DNA of 64,000 nt from Podarcis gaigeae (lineage: Eukaryota). Location of the stretch: the NCBI GenBank assembly GCA_964106915.2, contig OZ066920.1; one strand, written 5' to 3'. Position 1 is the first letter of the stretch; each line of letters starts with the position of its first letter. The translations under genes and the position numbers were made by a program. This document shows positions 1-13,429 of this stretch, in pieces. Below the pieces are notes generated by a model. That model worked only from the letters and a program-made list of their open reading frames with translations, made no database searches and had not been told where the DNA came from.

Positions 1-1216
1 TAAGGTAGCAGAGCTCAGGGAAGGGTGGTAGTCATGTGAGTAAGAGCAATAGCATGCAAGGATCGCAGGAAACAAAGATACTGCCCTACATGCTGATAAT
101 GCATCAGATTTAGTAACAACTGCATGCAGTTCTAGTCCCCCCTCTCAAAAACTCAGAAGGGCAATAAAAAAAAAGGTCAGGGATAACAAATGTCTTCTTT
201 ACGAGGAAAAGCTGAAGTGATAGTCACCCTTTAGGTTACACTGTCAAGTCCATGAGAACAGAACCCCCTGGAGAATTGCTAGCATGAACTGGGGCAGAGC
301 AGCAATATATTTATAATGTATGTTAACGGTAAAGCACCATGGATAAGAGTGCTTTAGAAGAGTAGTCTTCCAGCCTTTCAGGCCAAAGGACCTTTTTGCA
401 TTCCCAAACTGCAACATGGGACCCACTTCAACTTGTTGTTACAATACAGTATATGCCCATTATGCGCCTTCTCTCTTTAATGTGGAGAGTGGGAAAGGCT
501 CATTTTTTTCATATTTGTACAAAACACAGCATTTTGTAAAGTGCAGCTTGCCATGCTGGAGTGAAAAAGCATTAGCCACTCGTGTAGGGTACCTACTTCC
601 CCTTATCTGTTCTCTCTCCTCTTAAAGAGAAACCCAAACAAAACTGTGGTCATGGCACTGTGCTCTTAACTCACCTGCTTAAACATCATGCTTTAGAACA
701 GGGGGTTAAGATAACCTGTGGCCCTCCAGCCCTATGGACTACAGCTCCCATCATCTGAGTGGAGAAAAGAACTAAAAGGTTTCAAAGGATCGATAATTTA
801 TACCCAAGCATCAAATCTTACTTGAAAACAGGATAATTGGTTCATTACATTGATATTTTTTATTTTCTAAATGTAAACAATTTTCTAATTTTTAAATAAG
901 AGCGAGATTGCTTGAATGCAACTCTCCCCCTCCCTTTTTTACAGGTTCCAAATTGTGTGACTACTGAACAATCTAGAGGACCCTGGCCAACCTTTCTGCC
1001 AAGAGTCACAATGGAGTGGCACATTGCCATGCACCATAGTACCATATGCAGGATTCCCCCAATGCCTTGCTGTGGCTTTGTGTCTGGCAAGCAGCACAGT
1101 GCAGGTATGTGAAGCCTGAGTTTCTGTATTAGTCAGATTCTTGCTCTCTCTGCCTCAAATCCTGTCAGTGCCACTTATAGCATTCATAATGCAGGTTTGT
1201 CACCCATTGTTTATAT

Positions 1217-1322
1217 CAGGGATGGTGGGGACCTGTGGCCTTCCAAATATTGTTCCAACTCCTACCAGCTTAGCTAGCATGGCTGAGGGTCAGGAATGAT
1301 GAGAGTTGTAGTCCAGAAACAC
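1217..1322. mobile_element. Degenerate copy of the abundant squamate palindromic hAT-like MITE
   Basis: acctgtggccttcca...caactcc...gatgagagttgtagtcca. Same family as the copies near 8015, 54709, 60778, 62651 and 63477. Confidence 0.6.
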
Positions 1323-1436
1323 CATAAAAGCATAATCTTAAAGCACAGACAACAATGAATCTTGTGACACTTCAAAGACCATGCGAGTTATTATGCCTTA
1401 ATAAAACTGTTTGTGTTTTTGCTGTATTACACAAGG

Positions 1437-1565
1437 ACAGAACTGTAGAGTTGGAAGGGATTCTGAGGGACATGTAGTCCAATCCCCTGCATGGCAGGAC
1501 TCTATTGTCCAACGTAGGGCTCAAACCCACAAACCCAGGATAAAGAGTCTGGGCCATTAGACTAA
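1437..1565 (-). mobile_element. tRNA(Lys)-headed SINE with CR1-derived tail, degenerate
   Basis: Minus strand reads a tRNA-like head (gactctttatcctgggtttgtgggtttgagccctacgttgg) followed by a CR1 tail (ttggactac...cccttccaactctacagttct). Confidence 0.7.
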
Positions 1566-1609
1566 CACAGATACTGTTCTGGAAGATAAACTTATGGTGT
1601 TATTCTTAC

Positions 1610-1768
1610 CTCCCTCTGGTAAGTCTCTGCAAAATTTTAATTCCTGATAAACGACAGTATTTTCCTTCCCATTTTTGGATACATTCTTCTATCTGTTCTG
1701 AAGAAAAGAGGGCATGAAATTGTACCTCACTGAATATTCCATAGGCATCCTGAACGAGGAGGCACAAC
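1610..1768 (-). CDS. SPIDR: SPIDR internal coding exon (approx. human exon 11), 159 nt; absent from the ORF track
   Basis: Acceptor ctttttgcag|G completes the AG+G Arg codon. Translates LCLLVQDAYGIFSEVQFHALFSSEQIEECIQKWEGKYCRLSGIKILQRLTRG(R) (human ACLLVQDACGMFGEV...LEGKSCSLVGMKVLQKVTRGR). Donor AG|gtaaga. Confidence 0.95.
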
Positions 1769-2164
1769 CTGCAAAAAGGTGTATAAAATTTAGTCTGTTA
1801 GTGGCATGCCCAAAGGAGCTCTCCAACATCTCAGAATTAAACATTTGTTCACAGGACAGAAGCCTTCAGTTTTCGTAAAGGCTTATTAAATTCTGATGAA
1901 ATCTTAATGCATCACAACTGGTAGCAAAACTGATTTACTGTAGCTACACAAGTTAAAAAGATCCAAATGATGGGATGTCCTGTGCCTGTGGCCTTGGAGA
2001 GCAGCCGCCAATCAAGGAAGACAATATGTAGCCTCTGACACTACAGAAGGCAGTTTCATTATCTTTATATGTACCCCTGAAGAAATTCCACATGGTGCTT
2101 TAAAATATAAGGATGTAACAAAAAATTAATCTCCTCCACCCTACAAGGCAATGATTCCTAGTAC

Positions 2165-2300
2165 TTTTTACTATCAGAGGCAGTAAGTTTCTGTATACCA
2201 ACTGCTAAGAATTGCAAGTGCTGCTCTCAGATCCTGCTTTCAGTCCTTCCACAGGCAACTGTGAGAACTGGAAATTGGACTAGATGGGCCACTGACCTGA
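2165..2300 (+). mobile_element. CR1 LINE 3' remnant
   Basis: tcagaggcagtaag...tgtgagaactggaaattggactagatgggccactgacctga. Similar to the remnants at 9420-9565, 38707-38995 and 45040-45300. Confidence 0.55.
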
Positions 2301-2431
2301 CGTTCACCAAACTAAAAAGGCATGAGAGGCAAGAATAGCTGGGGGGGGGGGGCGGGAATGTCAGAAAAACAAGCCATGGTTTGTTTGATAGTCTGTGGGA
2401 CCCCTTGTGGTTAACATGTGATTTTTTAAGC

Positions 2432-2771
2432 CAATGCCAGGCCCAGGATGTTTAGCCGCTTGAGGCAAAACAAAAAATGCCACCCTGCCCTTATCCATCA
2501 CCTCCTTCTATCACCATTACATCCTCCTCTGCTGCTGCCTGAGGCAACTGAAGGAGGCCCAAGGAAGCCCCGACATGCTGAAGGTGGTGGAGGAGGGAAA
2601 AGGAGGCTGGAGAGGAGCAGGCAGCAGTGGAAGCAGCAGGAGGCAGTGGTGGGTGAAAAGTGGTGGCAGCACGCAGTGCACTTCCGCCCCCATCTGCCAA
2701 TCCTCCCAGCTGTCCCCAGTCTGCCACCTGAGGCAACTGCCTCACCAAGCCTCATGAGCAGGCTGGCCCTA
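2432..2771. mobile_element. Old GC-rich hAT (Tip100-like) MITE
   Basis: Degenerate CAGGGCCGGC-type termini (right end gctggcccta). Imperfect 8-bp TSD ttttaagc/tcttaaac. Internal gcctgaggc repeats. Confidence 0.55.
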
Positions 2772-2854
2772 TCTTAAACAAACCATGACTTAAGACTTTT
2801 GTGTGAATCCATGTCTCGTAAAGTCTGCCTTCACAATGTGTTCTGCAGGAGTCC

Positions 2855-3070
2855 ATTTAAATCTACTTGAAACCCTTGGGGGAAGTCATCTGTGGTTTGA
2901 GGTGATGTGTCATCAATACAAAATGACACCCAGTTCTATTTCTCCATGCCAACAGGAGAGACAGAGGAAACTCAGTTAATGTGCTGGATTAGGGTGAATA
3001 AACTGAGGTTCTGGTAAGACACAGTCTGCTCCAATGGGAATCCCCCACCCCAGGGCCATCTACCAGCAAC
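2855..3070 (+). mobile_element. L2 LINE reverse-transcriptase remnant
   Basis: tttaaatctacttgaaacccttgggggaagtcatc...tgtcatcaatacaaaatgacacccagttctatttctcc is a decayed FNIYMKPLGEVI...CHQYADDTQLYFS coding sequence. Confidence 0.7.
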
Positions 3071-4178
3071 TGTTCTGTGGGAATGATTACAAGAGAGGAG
3101 AAGAGGCATATTTAAACATATTCAAGGCTAGGATTTCTTGTCCTTCTCTCCCAGGCCTTCCAGTAAGTGCCCTACAGGAGGCATCCTTATGAATTATTAC
3201 ACTAATATTCTTATTGTGAGCTTCCGTGGAAAGACATGTATAATGAAATGCAATATACAAATAAGTTTAATACATAAGTAAAGCTGCTACAGTCAGAATG
3301 GTAGAACTAAGCTAGGCAGCCATCCAATGTGACTCCAATATAGTTTCACTTTGACTTTGTGCCAAGAAAGTACAACTAGGAATGTTGTTACTTTGTTGAA
3401 AACGAGCTCTAAAACTAGCAATCACCACCACCTTGCTAACCCAGCAAACAAATACATCCCCATCTAACTGATATGAATACTGTTTGCTGTTGTCATGGAA
3501 CTATTGTTGATTTTCAAACTGCATTTTTGTTACGGAAACTTGTTATGAACCTTTTCATGAAAAGCAGTATATAAATACTGAAAAAAGTCAGTAATCATTA
3601 ATTGCCATTTTATCCCTCCTTTCTCCAAGTCTAGAGTTGCATTCATGGTTCTCTCTTATTGTCTCCAAATAATGGTTACAACTGTACCTAGGTGCCTTGC
3701 AGGCACAACAGGACTTCTCCCTTTCTTCTTTTTGCAAAAAGGTGGGGCAGAAATTTTAAATAAATAAAAAAGTTAAGCGTGGTTAGAGTCAATTCATTAG
3801 CGGTAAGGAAATAACCTTCAGGGAAAGAGATGCCTACTTCTAGCTCAACATCAAAACAGGTGGAAACCATCCTGGGGTAAAAATGATTTTCCCTGCAGTT
3901 AACGCTGCAACAACATGTGCAGATGCCCCAAGACAAAAAGATATAATTAGGTGTGTGGTTAACTCTGGAGAATGCACAAAAGATGGGAGTGTGAGAACAG
4001 ATGGATGAAAAATGCACATGTGATTCAGTGGGAAGAGCAAAGAAACAAAGGCAAGGCGCGATAAGAAGGGAGGCAAAGATTAGGATTTTTATTTCCTCCC
4101 ACTATGAGCTCCACCTACTTCTCCTTAAAATGTTAACAATGTGCTTGACATGTATAGTGGAGGTTAGCATGATTTAGG

Positions 4179-5181
4179 GTGTATGGGGTGTTAGGGGAGG
4201 GATAGTACCTCTGATAGGGGACACGTGCTCCTTCCAGAGTACCTTTTCCACCTTTGGTCCCTAGCCTGCACTCAGCTCTCACCTGTGGCTCTTAGAAGCT
4301 ATCAGCAGCCACACCCTGGGAATGGCTTTGACTGGCCAGCTAAACCAGGTGAGGGTAGCCAATGGGTCTCAAACCCTCAGTGAGTTAGGGTCTTCTCCTG
4401 CATGAGAAGATAGGCTCTGGCAGAATGAGCGAACGAGACCAGCAGTGGGTTCAACGGTCAAGAAGGCAGTTTGGGCACATGCTGTAGAGGGAAATGAGGG
4501 GCAGATGGAGATTGTCAACCTGGGAAGGTAGCCTATCTAATAGGAGAAGGAAAACTCTTTTCCTAAACCTCCGATGCCTTGTGGGATATCTTCAGGAGAA
4601 GAAAAGGCTAAGGATGAACCCTGAACAAATCTTGAGCGGAGTCCCTAATATGGTTGGACTGTGCCTTATATGCCTCCTTCTGGCAAGTCCTGCAGCCAAG
4701 CTGGTGCCAGATATATTGCTCTGCTTTCCTTTGAGGCACATCAACAAGAGCAAGAGGGGAGTATTGTTGGCTGGGCAGATCAGGACCTCCATATACACTG
4801 CCCAGGCTTGTGCACTGGGCAGGCATGCCATCTATGCAGGGCCGTGAGGGCCCACATCCCCCCCTCATTTCACTGACAGGGCCGGGGCCCCTCAATATTC
4901 GCAGCTGGGCGGGCTCCATTGGGTCCTCCTGTGACTGCGCCAAGCTGCAGTGGGCCCTCCTGCGGCTGCAACCAGGTCACGTCAGGCCTTTGGGAGGGTA
5001 CAACGGCCCTGTCAGCCCTCCTCCCACTGTTTGATGTCACACGTATGCACTGGGCACCTGCAATGTTGGGAAGAACCTGGTGTGCCTGACGCTGGGGAGG
5101 TCCCCTGGGTGCTGCTAACACAGTTTGACTTCACTCTAAGAGGCGCACACCATTGTCTCTCAAGACAGACAGATGACAACC
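4179..5181 (+). mobile_element. Non-autonomous RTE-LINE-derived retroposon (5'UTR-like body plus short tail), copy 1
   Basis: RTE-type 5'UTR motifs (aggagaaggaaaactc...aaacctcc; gaaaaggctaagg). Ends cattgtctctcaagacagacagatgacaac. Homologous to 39898-41080 (minus) and 30575-31045. No intact ORF. Confidence 0.65.
4820..5088. mobile_element. hAT-like MITE nested in RTE-derived copy 1
   Basis: TIR caggcatgcca / tggtgtgcctg. Imperfect 8-bp TSD gcactggg/acgctggg. Segment absent from the other two host copies. Confidence 0.7.
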
Positions 5182-7443
5182 AGCAAGGTTTAACATTCCT
5201 CCACACCAAATATAAATACATATTTTTAAAAGTCCTATACAAAAAAACTGGCATGTCAGGTTTTTAAGGCTAAAGTAGGCCTGTCCTTCATAACACCGAG
5301 TTATCTCTACTGAGCAACTATTTATTTTAATTTTTGTATTGGGGGGCATATATCTGCAATGGCACAGGCCAGACACAGATTTACCAATCTGTGAACTAGG
5401 CCACGGTGAATCTCATTTCAAAGCTTGGGAATATTCTGTTAATTTCCTAAAAGAGCTGGAGGCAGGGGAGAGGGAAGGCGAGGCCAATTATTTTGCATTT
5501 TTATGAGTGTGGTGGTAATGCTTAGATTTATTCACTTCCAAGTGGATATTTGGAAATGATTATGGTATTATGTCATCATGCCCCCTCCTAGTTAGTCATC
5601 CTTCTTGGAAAAGGTGGAAAAGGGATTTCTATTCAGTAATTATACATGTAAACCCCACAACATGGTTAGAGGCTTGTGTTTCCTTGTATACATTTTGCTC
5701 CCCCAAAGGAGTAAGACTGAATAGCGCTCCATAAGACAGACAGGTGCAGCTCAAAAGAAAGGCATTAGCACAAGAAGAATCTAGTGAGAACATGGGGTCT
5801 GCAATTGCTGTTGCAGAAAGGAGTAAAGAAGACACACAAAAAATAGTGGGAACAATTATATGCTTTACAACAGGAGATTGACCCCTCAGGCTTCTGTTGA
5901 TGTATTTATTTCTTCAAAGCTCAGATGAGGAGGGAGGAAAAAAGGAGACGCTATAAAAAAGTGTACAGCCCATCCTCCTGATATATATGGCAACATTTGC
6001 TCATCCAAGATAGGGTGCTGCTGATTATGCCTGCTCCCTGACAGGAGACTCTTATCTCTTTGCGTATGTGCCCTCCTAGAAGCTACTAAAGCATGAGGAG
6101 GTGCACGCACACAAAATAAGATTTCTGTGCTGCTTTGTAAAAAAAAAACCAAAAAAACACACAAAAAAACAGGCACAAAACTGTTCCTACAGAGTTCCAA
6201 TCCACCAACTTGTCTGGTCAAGTCTTGAGGTGGAGCTCCTTAACTTCTCTTGATGTGGCTTACAATCAACAGCAACCTTTGAAACTCCACCCAAACGGGA
6301 TTTAATTTATCTGAATCTCTCAAACACAAACAAAATCCCTCCACCCACTGCAAATGTTATCTCCAGTGCAATCAGAATCAGAGACACATGTGTAGGAACA
6401 AAAGGACACAAAACACAACCTATTTTTGTCTGTAACCCTAGAGGGGCCCTTCTGTACATCTTACTTGTAGCAATTTAAAGTGTTCCATATCACTTTTAAA
6501 GTGCTCTGCGTCACTTTTATCAGATGTATAATATTCTCACACCCCCACAGCAGATGCTGGCTATTGCATCCTCCTTGAAATACATGCCCAAAAAATAAAA
6601 GCTTGAATAACTAGAACCTGAATAGCACTAATCAGAATTACATCTAAGCAGTGATATGTTTTTTGCAGAAAAAATTGAATTGGAAAATGTTTCTGTACAA
6701 ATTAGCAATCATAAAATTTCTGTTTCCCTACAGGTATCTTTTTTGAGGGGTAGGGGGTATTTTGTAAACTAAGCTAAAAACTTTGAAACTGTCGCGCTTG
6801 CTAATATTTATTTGTTAGTGACATTCATTCATTCATACTAATGAACTTATGAAATGGAAAATTTTCCACACATTACAGCTAACTTGAAAATCTATGCTAG
6901 AAATCTTTTCATATCTACAGAGAAGCACATATGACTATTTCCATGTTTAGCAGATTTATTATTATTAGTATTGGTAGTAGTAGTAGTATACCCGCAGGTC
7001 TCAGAGTGGTTCACAGCAGAAAATCACAATATAAAAACACAAAACACATAATAAAATCAAAAACAAGAACAACCCAATAACCCCTCCTCCCCAACACAAA
7101 ACCAATTTGTTTTGTAATTGATGCACTAACATATGATTGCACATAACCAACCTCAGTAGTTTTGTTTCCTTTTGAATTGCAAGGTTGGAAACAATTGTTG
7201 TGAACTGTACCACTAGGCACAGTTGAGCATAAACCACATTTGGTTAAGAATCACAGGTTTACAAATGTCTTTTACAGCCAATAAAATAAACAGAACCTGG
7301 GTGACTGCCCACTTGTAATGTGCCGTATGTGCCAACCTCTTATGCATTTGTAGTATGCATGGGGCCAGGGAATGTCAGAAGGAAAAACAGTTTGAAGTGT
7401 GCAACCATAGCTGGAATTCCAACTCTAGCAGATTGCACTAGAG

Positions 7444-7651
7444 CAGTGGTTTGCCCAAGGTTTTCCCCCACATGCCACCTGTAAATTGCTGCGGGTCTTC
7501 GCTGACCACTTAATGAGTTTTCTGCCCCACTGTAGTAATTGTAATGGGCTACTCCAGATATTGTGTGATTTTTAATTGTATTTTTACAGATACACCAGAA
7601 CGAAGCTCATGGGTAACTGGTGGTCCATGGCACATGGTTTGGGAACCACTG
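7444..7651. mobile_element. hAT-Charlie-type MITE
   Basis: TIR cagtggttt...cccaa / ttgggaaccactg. Perfect 8-bp TSD cactagag at 7436-7443 and 7652-7659. Confidence 0.85.
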
Positions 7652-8014
7652 CACTAGAGCATTAACTATGTAGCATTAAAGAAAACATGCAGAAACATCC
7701 TTATATGCTTCATTACAGCTCTGTCCTAGCTATACTCATGATGACCTCAATGGGATTTATGCTTAGGGCCAGTCTTCTCTCAAGATACTGTTAAAAATGT
7801 ACAGATTTTCTGAAATGTAAATAGAAGGCCACCTGCATTAGTATGTCTTGTGGCATACAGACAGGTACAAAATGCCTCAGCACTCTTCAGTATTTGCTAA
7901 GGACATCTCCTCCCCCTTTTTCACCCTCTGAAACCTTCCTCCTCTGTGCTATACACGGCAAAAGGTCTCAGGGATGATCAATGGCTGCCAGCTCTGAACT
8001 TCTGCTCTCTAGAG

Positions 8015-8135
8015 AGGAAGAGTAGCCGACATATATTGTTGGATTCCCAACTCCCATTAGCCCCAGCCAGCATGGCTGATGGTCAGGGATGATAGGAGTT
8101 GCAACCCAACAACATCTAGAGGGCACCACTTTGAC
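8015..8135. mobile_element. Palindromic hAT-like MITE, degenerate
   Basis: tgttggattcccaactcccattagcccc...gggatgataggagttgcaacccaacaacatctagagggc. Confidence 0.6.
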
Positions 8136-8145
8136 TACCATAGGT

Positions 8146-8575
8146 TCATAGAATTGTGGAGATGGAAGGGACCAAAACGGTCATCTAGTCCAACCCACTG
8201 CAATGCAGGAATCTCGACTAAATCATACATGACAGATGGACATCCAACCTCTGCTTAAAAACCTCCAAGGAAGGAGAGTCTACCACTTTAGTTCTTCCTG
8301 ATCTTTAGCTGGAATCTCCTTTCTTGTAACTTGAAGCCATTGGTTCGGGTCCTAGTCTCTGGAGCAGCACAAAACAAGCTTGCTCCATCCTGGCGTGACT
8401 TGTTTCTGAGAAACCAATGCTGGGTCTTAGTAATCTCAGCATCCTTCTATAAAGGCTCACAGACTGACTATTTAATTATCTATTCTAGGACCTTTCCTGG
8501 TATCAATATCAAGCTCACAGGTCAGTAGTTACCTGGATCTTTCCTCCCCCCCCCCTCTTTTTGAAGATAGGGAAA
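8146..8575 (-). mobile_element. CR1 LINE 3' fragment
   Basis: catagaattgtggagatggaagggacc...gtcatctagtccaaccc...catccaacctctgcttaaaaacctccaaggaaggagagtc is the reverse complement of a CR1 3' end. Confidence 0.8.
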
Positions 8576-11500
8576 CACCCATTAGACAAAGGGTTTAGGG
8601 AGTATACCAGGAGGAAGAAAGTGTTTTAATTTCATGGTTCACAACCGCCTCATGTTCTATAAGGCAAACATAATTTCCAACATTTTTGTGGCTCAACTGC
8701 CTTCAACCACAGACTTAATTCATTTAAACCATTTTCTTTTCTTCCCCAGAGCAGAAGTAAGTTGCCAATATGAAACAATGGAGAAATCCATATCCCATTT
8801 CTCCTTCCACCCCAAAGAAGTGGTAGCAGCAAGGGGAATACTCCGTCTGGAGGTTTGTCTAGTTTCAGAGTGATTGCCAATTAGGGCCTAAGTACACATT
8901 ATGTTAATGATATGATTAACCATTATGTCATGGGTTTTAAAAACATTAAATACCAGGAACCAGGGCGGATGATGCCATCAGTAGAACAGTAGCGTAGATC
9001 CAGTTGTGATCATGGTAATAATCCCACACATACTGTGCAATTAGAATTAAAGGGGGAACTCCCATTTTCAGCAATGGAATATTCTTTTCATAATGCTAAT
9101 TGCTGCATAAGGAGGAGAGATTTTTATTGAGTGTGATTGAGAAGGGAAGACTTAAACCTCTCCACCTAGTGTGCTGTGGTGCCAATAACACCCCAACTTT
9201 CCTGGTAGTTTTTTTTAAACTATGGCACAATTGCCAATCATATCTCCAACATTACAGGCATTGAGTTACTCCAAAATTTGTTTATCTCTATATCTTTGCC
9301 ATTTTAACAGTTTAAATTGGGCTTGGGAGTGAACTGGCAACCAGTGCAAGTCTTTCAAGGCTGGCACAATATGCATCTAGCTAAAGACACAGACCAGCAG
9401 CCTCAATGCTGCTCTCTGTATGTCTCTGCACAATAATTGCTGGTGAGCACAAGTGGGGAAATTGATGAGAGTTTTCAAAATGTGTATGGTTGACCAATGT
9501 GAGAATAGGATGCTGCACTAGATGGGTGCTAGATCTGATCCAACAGGGCTTCTCTTATATTCGTATGGTCACAATAAATCAGCATGACCAGAAGATCTTA
9601 TGGTTGGAAGCATGCCCCTCAAGTTGATCTGCAGCAACTGAATAAGGCAAAAATTAGGGAGATACACGACAGAGAGTCAAGGAGAGGAAGGAAAGTTGGA
9701 CGGTGGTACCACGCTCACTTTGTATGAAATACCATATAAAAAGCAGAAGCAGCATAAGAGAATTCTGTTGCAAACCCAACCTCCATCTGATTATGGGGCT
9801 ACCTTCCCTGAAGATCCAGGAATTGATGTTGAGACTGTGAGTTAAGAGAGAGCTTAAGGTAAAGCTAATCAAACTAAATAAAAGGACATATGTGGGATCT
9901 TACGTGCATTTAATTAAGCAGCATTAAATTCTCACCCCTAAAACATGGGTTAATTAATCTACTTACAAAACTTGTGAAGGCAAGTCTTTAAAAAAATGTT
10001 TTTTAGTCTTTTTGATGCATCTATGCCTTGAGGAATAGAAGCACAAGCAAACTGGCATTATGAAATGTAGGCCTGTGAACTGGTTAAGTTGTTTAGAGAG
10101 TTAACTGTTGATTCTTTTTAAAGTTACCTATCTGCTTCCCATTCCCTTGATATTTCCATCCCTAATCTTAATAAATATTTTAAACTTAGAATCTGCATAT
10201 TTCTTGACAACTCAGGGGAATCTTACCCCTGTATGCCAGATCACACGCAGCAAGCTTTGACCAAAGGGAAAGAAAGGCTGAACTAGCTCAGCTGCAACTC
10301 AGTAATTAGGTGGTGGTTGCCCCCTCTTAGAACGAAATTAAAGCTGTAACTCTTATAATTCCTTCACTCAAGAGTTAGAGTAAATTAAGAGCTGGTTGTT
10401 GCCCACAGCAGCTGGGTATCACCACAGAAGATTGTAAGAGTCAGTTGATTTGATATGATATGTCAACTGGAGATAATGGCTATCTGGATTACTGGTGATC
10501 AAATGCCACATACTACAGGATGTCCCCACAACCCTAGCCTGCTCTGCAGTGGATGTGAGAGCTCCTGCTTTTTACCTGATAGGCCAAAAACATCATTCAA
10601 AGAGAGCTGGGGAGAGAGGAGAATGATTCCATGGCAGAGGAAGGAGAGGTGCTCTAGTCTCTAAATGTGAGAAACCCATGTGGGTTGGTTAAAGAGAGGG
10701 TCCAATTCTCCCAACTGAAGAAGCTGGACAAGTAGCATCAGAAAGCACCTTCCGGTGGGAAAGTCCCAACCATGTATATTTTTGACAACTAGTTTGTGAC
10801 AAAGTTAAAAAGAGATCAGATCTTTCAAAGACTATGCAAACATGAATTCTCTTAAAAAATGCAAACAAAATTGTACTGGTTCAGAGACAGATAATCTCTA
10901 ATGGGATGATTTAACCTTTGAACAATCAGAAGTAATTTGTATGCAGAGATGAGAATGGATTTGGAAACATTTCTCTACAGCTGCCCTCTGAATGGGATGC
11001 TAAGATAATTTGTAAATACACCACAGAAGTAGAACTTAAAAAAAGAAAGAAAAGAAAAAACAGAAAACTGTAGGACCGTTCCAAAATTATCTTAGTAACA
11101 TGAAGCAAATATAAACATCACAGCTTCAATGGATGCACAAAGCAAGCGAAATAAAACATAGTTGATTGTGGAATGGTGCCTACATTTGGGATGGTATTCT
11201 TTCTGTTGAACTGACACTGAACTATAAATATATCCTACACCAGCAAAATAAACTACACAACAGAGAGGGGAAATAGCAGGAAAGGGATCTGCTGGAGATC
11301 CTTGTTTGGCAAAAGACAATTCCTGCTTCAGGTTACTAATCTTGGTTCTCTTCCCCCTCCTCCTCTCTAAAACACACACAGAGACTTTTCAATTGTTTTC
11401 GGTTCTGAGAGCTTTTGCTGGCTCTGTTTCATATGTGCATGCCTCTGAGAGAGAGAGTCTTGTGTGTATGTGAGCAGACTGTTTACAAAAATTATGGTAG

Positions 11501-12023
11501 TGCTTCTCAGCAGCCCATCGAGAATTCCAGGAAATGGCCTCTGTTATTTCATTCTAGGTAAATGTCGGCTCATGACAAGCAGCAAAGCTGACACAGGACA
11601 TCTCCCTCTGCTTTACAGTCCTGCAGCGAGGCCTCAATCGGAGGGAGAGCGAGAGCGAGAGCAGGAATGAGCCATGAGTGGGCGGAGTGCCTTCCCAGCA
11701 CTCTACCAACCACAGCACAAGGAATTATGATAAACACCACTCTGGAAACAAGATACAACAGTACATTGTGTTCTTCAGAAAAACATCCAGACTTCAGTTC
11801 ACTTCAAGTAAACAGTTAATCTTGTTTACCTTTTTAAAAAATTTGATGAGATGTTAACTGAACAATCCAGTGTGCAGATGAAACAAGATTTTTTCCCCTC
11901 TATACAATTCAACTTTTGTGTTTGCTTTGCTCTCAGCAATACCATGCCACAAATTAGTCCAATATGCTAAGTTCTTATTACAGTATCTGCATGCACCATA
12001 GATTTCCCCCTCCTCCCTTTTTA

Positions 12024-12046
12024 TTGTGTGTGTGTGTGTGTGTGTG

Positions 12047-12080
<34 letters not shown>
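12024..12080. repeat. Compound microsatellite (TG)n-(TTAT)n
   Basis: Directly visible. Confidence 0.95.
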
Positions 12081-12081
<1 letters not shown>

Positions 12082-13429
12082 GACTTAGCATGGTGCCAAA
12101 ACAATGTTTCTTGCAAGCAGATGAGATGTTGGAATAATTAGAGTGCTTTACTTCTTCAAAAGTTTGTAACAGAAATGTAAATAAATGATTAATTAATAAA
12201 GTGCTGCTGGGAAAACAACAGTCAAGCAATGGAGACCACATCCTAGGCTACCACTCTAAATACCTGGAGAAAAAAATGTGCACCTTGGGATGCTTGTAGT
12301 CTATTCTCAACAGAACTAAGATCAGTAATTATCCACAAATACAAACTAAAGAAAAAGTTGAAATTGCTTATTGTAACATATTTACTTAAAATACTGGTTT
12401 ATTATTTATGCCTCATATATTATCATATATGGTAATAAGGTACGATTTAGGAATACGACAGCATGCAGTGTTAAAGTATGTTAGTTACTGATAAATATTT
12501 TGAATAATAAAAAATTATCTGTAGTTACCAAACATAAAAGTTTTATTTTTGTGTTGTGAGGCAAACAAGTATATGCCCATTCTAACTTTGGATTTTAAGA
12601 ATTTAATAATTTGTAGCAACTTTGTATCTCTTTATTAGCTAATGGTAGCTTCTCTCTGTGGGATAATTCTATCTTCTGGGAAATAAGAAATACTGAAAGG
12701 GAATTTTGAATATTTATGACTAAAAGGTAAGAAACTGATTTAACAATGTAATATGTATTACTAAGCACTCCTTTTAGGATTTAACTCAATGAGGTTTTGC
12801 ATAAAACGTTTTAAAAATCACATAGATTATAATGCTTATTATTATTAATTGATAGTATATTAAAAACTCTTTGGTATTAAATTATGTCCATTTTTTTAAA
12901 TCTGAGGCTGAGGATTTGAGAATAGGCTATAACTTCTAGGTGCCCAAATTTCCTTGCATCTATGATTCCTTCAGTCACATGATTAAGAGGGCAGTTAGTC
13001 ACAGTTGTCTGCAGCACTGTATTTGTACAACTCAGCCCAGTCAAATCTTCCTTCTCCAACCACTGTTCTTCTCCATATCCGAGAGTCAAAGAGCAGAGTA
13101 AAAATATTTATTAACTGCAATCATACTAGCTACCCTTGTATCTTGTAATGGACAATATTTAGAGGCACCCCCCCATGTACATACAAGCAGTACCCACAAC
13201 AAAGGGACACTCCCGAAAACTATTCAAACAGCATGTGGCCATTCACATTTGTTTCTCTGCTGTGCTGTGCCTGCAATGCACAAAGTGAGGATGCACAGAG
13301 GAAGGGTCACAGGCAGAAGGAGGCATAGCGCTGGGAGATGATTTTGCCAGTTAATGCAAAGAAGTGACAGATATCTTAAGTGTTGTAGACCCTTCAAGGT
13401 CATCTCTCAGCTGACAATATTTGGGCTGA

